Positions 60,961 to 64,000 of a stretch of DNA of 64,000 nucleotides are shown in pieces. Below the pieces are notes generated by a model. The model was given only the letters and a program-made list of their open reading frames with translations. It did no database searches and had not been told where the DNA came from. The DNA lies in contig NC_135809.1 of the NCBI RefSeq assembly GCF_964213995.1, positions 109,430,001 through 109,494,000 on the forward strand, read 5' to 3'. Position 1 is the stretch's first letter. Each line of letters starts with the position of its first letter. The position numbers and the translations under genes were made by a program. The DNA is from Mustelus asterias (Eukaryota).

Positions 60961-61430
60961 TCAGGGGAACAGACAGGCATACTTTTGGCCAAAGATGTAA
61001 ATCCAGGATTGTATGTTGCCTCCTTGGTGCTCGGATCAAGGACATCAATGAAGGGCTGCAGAGCACCCTGAAAATGAAAAGTAAACAACTGGAGATTGTG
61101 GTCCATATTGATACCAATCATTGAGGTAGAAAGAGAAATGAGGCCCTGAAGGCAGAATTTAGTGGACTAGGAAGAAACTAGCAAGCAGAACCTCAAAGAT
61201 CGGAAGCTCTGGATTATTCCCAGTGCCACATGTATAGGAATAGGAGGATAAAATAGATGAATGCATGACTGGAAGGATGGTGCAGGAAGGAAAGTTTTAG
61301 ATTCCTGGGACATCAGAAATGATTTGGGGTAGATGGAACAAGAGCAGGATGGATGGATTTCACCTGAACAGTTCTGGGACCAATATCCTCATGGGGCTGT
61401 TTTCTATTGCTATTGGGGAGGGTAGAAACT
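60960..61430 (+). mobile_element. Degenerate CR1 ORF1 esterase remnant
   Basis: IVRGTDR..VCCLLGARIKDI..IVVHIDTN motifs. Confidence 0.65.
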
Positions 61431-62276
61431 TGGAGGGAAGTGGGGGTGGGTGGGAGGTTGTGTGAGAAGGAGAAATAAAGGCCAGGATTTTCCTACCACA
61501 TCATGGTAAGATCCACTGGGGGGGAGGTGGTGGGACAACTCAAAGTCCATTGACTTTCAGTGGAATCAGAGGCTTAAAAAGGTTAATAATCTTAATTTTT
61601 TTGCCTGAATCACATGTAATTTGGAATAGGAGCAGACAGATTAGGAGAAATAACATGTGGCTGATTGGGAATCCTGCATATGGGATACTGACACAAGAGC
61701 TATGGAATAGGAAGGAGCTGTACCGATGGGGGAAGATCCACCTGAGGCAGGATAAGACTTGTGTCCTTGTGGAAAGGGTAAACAGGGAGATGGCAAAGGC
61801 TTTAAACTAGAAAGGGGAGAGGGAGCCACAGGAAATGTAAGCACTTTAAATATGAACATAATACAGTAGGAGTGCAGGAAAGAATGAAGTAAGGGAGGAC
61901 ATAGATGACAGGGAATAAATATACTAATAGATCACATGTCTAAAAAGATGGTTAAATATAAAGTAAGAGGAAATTCCATTTAGAATGAGTTAATATATCT
62001 GTAATAGTAATAAAACGGAGGAGCTGGAGGCAATTATACTGAGAGAAACCATTCACAGTAGGGATTTATGACATGTGGCTGCAGAAAATCAAGTTTGGAA
62101 ATTTGTATTGCAGTGTATAACATTTATAAGAAATAAAGTGGGAAGGTGGAGAAGCTGTATTATTCATGATAACATAATGGCGGTAGAAAAAAAGGGACAC
62201 AGCTATCAAAATAGAATCCAAATGGACAGAGATAAAATACAATAAAGGATCAATCAAACTAATAGCTGTGGTGTAC

Positions 62277-64000
62277 AGAACATCTTTAGTCAAGGACAGT
62301 ATTACGGTGGCAGAAAGGACGTTTGATGAGGACTCGTCTACTGAGGTAGTATGGGCTGAGGTTAGAAACAGGAAAGGAGAGGTCACCCTGTTGGGAGTTT
62401 TCTATAGGCCTCCGAAAAGTTCCAGCGATGTAGAGGAAAGGATTGCAAAGATGATTCTGGATAGGAGCGAAAGTAACAGGGTAGTTGTTATTGGGGACTT
62501 TAACTTGACAAATATTGAATGGAAAAGCTATAGTTCGATTACTTTAGAGGGGTCAGTTTTTGTCCAATGTGTGCAGGAGGGTTTCCTGACACAGTATGTA
62601 GATAGGCCAACAAGAGGCGAGGCCACATTGGATTTGGTACTGGGTAATGAACCAGACCAGGTGTTAGATTTGGAGGTAGGTGAGCACTTTGGTGATAGTG
62701 ACCACAATTCGGTTACGTTTACTTTAGCGATGGAAAGGGATAGGTATATACCGAAGGGCAAGAGTTATAGCTGGGGGAAAGGAAATTATGATGCGATGAG
62801 GCAAGATTTAGGATGCATAAGTTGGGGAAGGAAACTGCAGGAGATGGGCACAATTGAAATGTGGAGCTTGTTCATGGAACAGCTACTGCGTGTCCTTGAT
62901 AAGTATGTACCTGTCAGGCAGGGAGGAAGTGATCGAGCGAGGGAACCGTGGTTTACTTAAGAAGTTGAATCTCTTGTGAAGAGGAAGAAGGAGACTTATG
63001 TAAAGATGATACGTGAAGGCTCAGTTAGGGCGCTTGAGAGTTACAAGTTAGCCAGGAAGGACCTAAATAGAGAGTTAAGAAGAGCTAGGAGGGGACTTGA
63101 GAAGTCTTTGGCAGGTAGGATCAAGGAAAACCCTAAAGCTTTCTATAGGTATGTCAGGAATAAAAGAATGACTAGGGTAAGATTAGGGCCAGTCAAGGAC
63201 AGTAGTGGGAAGTTGTGCGTGGAGTCTGAAGAGATAGGAGAGGCGCTAAATGAATATTTTTCGTTAGTATTCACGCAGGAAAAAAACAATGTTGTCGAGG
63301 AGAATACAGGGATACAGGCTATTGGACTAGACAGAATTGAGGTTAATAAGGAGGAGGTGTTAGCAATTCTGGAAAGTGTGAAAATAGATAAGTCCCCTGG
63401 GCCGGATGGGATTTATCCTAAGATTCTCTGGGAGGCTAGGGAGGAGATTGCAGAGCCTTTGGCTTTGATCTTTACGTCGTCATTGTCTACAGGAATAGTG
63501 TAAGAAGTTTAACAACACCAGGTTAAAGTCCAACAGGTTTATTTGGTCGCAAATGCCACTAGCTTTCGGAGCGCTGCCCAGGGGCCCAAAAGCTAGTGGC
63601 ATTTGCTACCAAATAAACCTGTTGGACTTTAACCCGGTGTTGTTAAACTTCTTATCGCGTTTACCCCAGTCCAACGCCGGCATCTCCACTACAGGAATAG
63701 TGCCAGAAGACTGGAGGATAGCAAATGTTGTCCTCTTGTTCAAAAAGGGGAGTAGAGACAACCCTGGTAATTATAGACCAGTGAGCCTTACTTCTGTTGT
63801 GGGCAAAGTTTTGGAAAGGATTAAAAGAGATAGGATTTATAATCATCTAGAAGGAATAATTTGATTAGGGATAGTCAACACGGTTTTGTGAAGGGTAGGT
63901 CGTGCCTCACAAACCTTATTGAGTTCTTTGAGAAGGTGACCAAAGAGGTGGATGAGGGTAAAGCAGTTGATGTAGTGTATATGGATTTCAGTAAAGCGTT
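62277..64000 (+). mobile_element. Young CR1 ORF2 (APE endonuclease end plus RT start); continues past the window
   Basis: [38 protein letters not shown] and QHGF motifs; few disruptions. Confidence 0.95.
63501..63688 (+). mobile_element. PLE inverted terminal-repeat mini-insertion within CR1 ORF2
   Basis: Inverted arms plus ~33-nt tail; TSD CTACAGGAATAGTG (63487-63500 / 63689-63702); splits STGIV|PEDW. Confidence 0.88.

Overview
Vertebrate genomic DNA, almost certainly from an elasmobranch (shark), judged by abundant HE1/V-type SINEs, HER1/CR1 LINEs and Deu-type SINEs. Much of the window is transposon debris. Two host genes are supported, both on the + strand. (1) The last four coding exons (1858-8036) of an immunoglobulin-superfamily gene, one C1-set-like domain per phase-1 exon. 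It has aberrant cysteine patterns and ends in a stop codon with no transmembrane segment; its 5' part lies upstream of the window. (2) A complete two-exon IFITM/CD225 (dispanin) gene (41030-45002, 127 aa) with a TATA box. Mobile elements include many CR1 fragments, Rex1, Tx1-like L1, a Vingi/Ingi-like end, a degenerate Penelope RT/GIY-YIG fragment, a fossil hAT transposase, Harbinger-type MITEs, probable solo LTRs and minisatellites. The most notable non-gene signal is a set of short, young, TSD-flanked hairpin insertions derived from a Penelope-like terminal repeat. One keeps a minimal hammerhead ribozyme, and another folds back exactly at the predicted ribozyme cleavage site. Repeat family names come from recalled motifs, not from database searches, and repeat boundaries are approximate unless a TSD is given.
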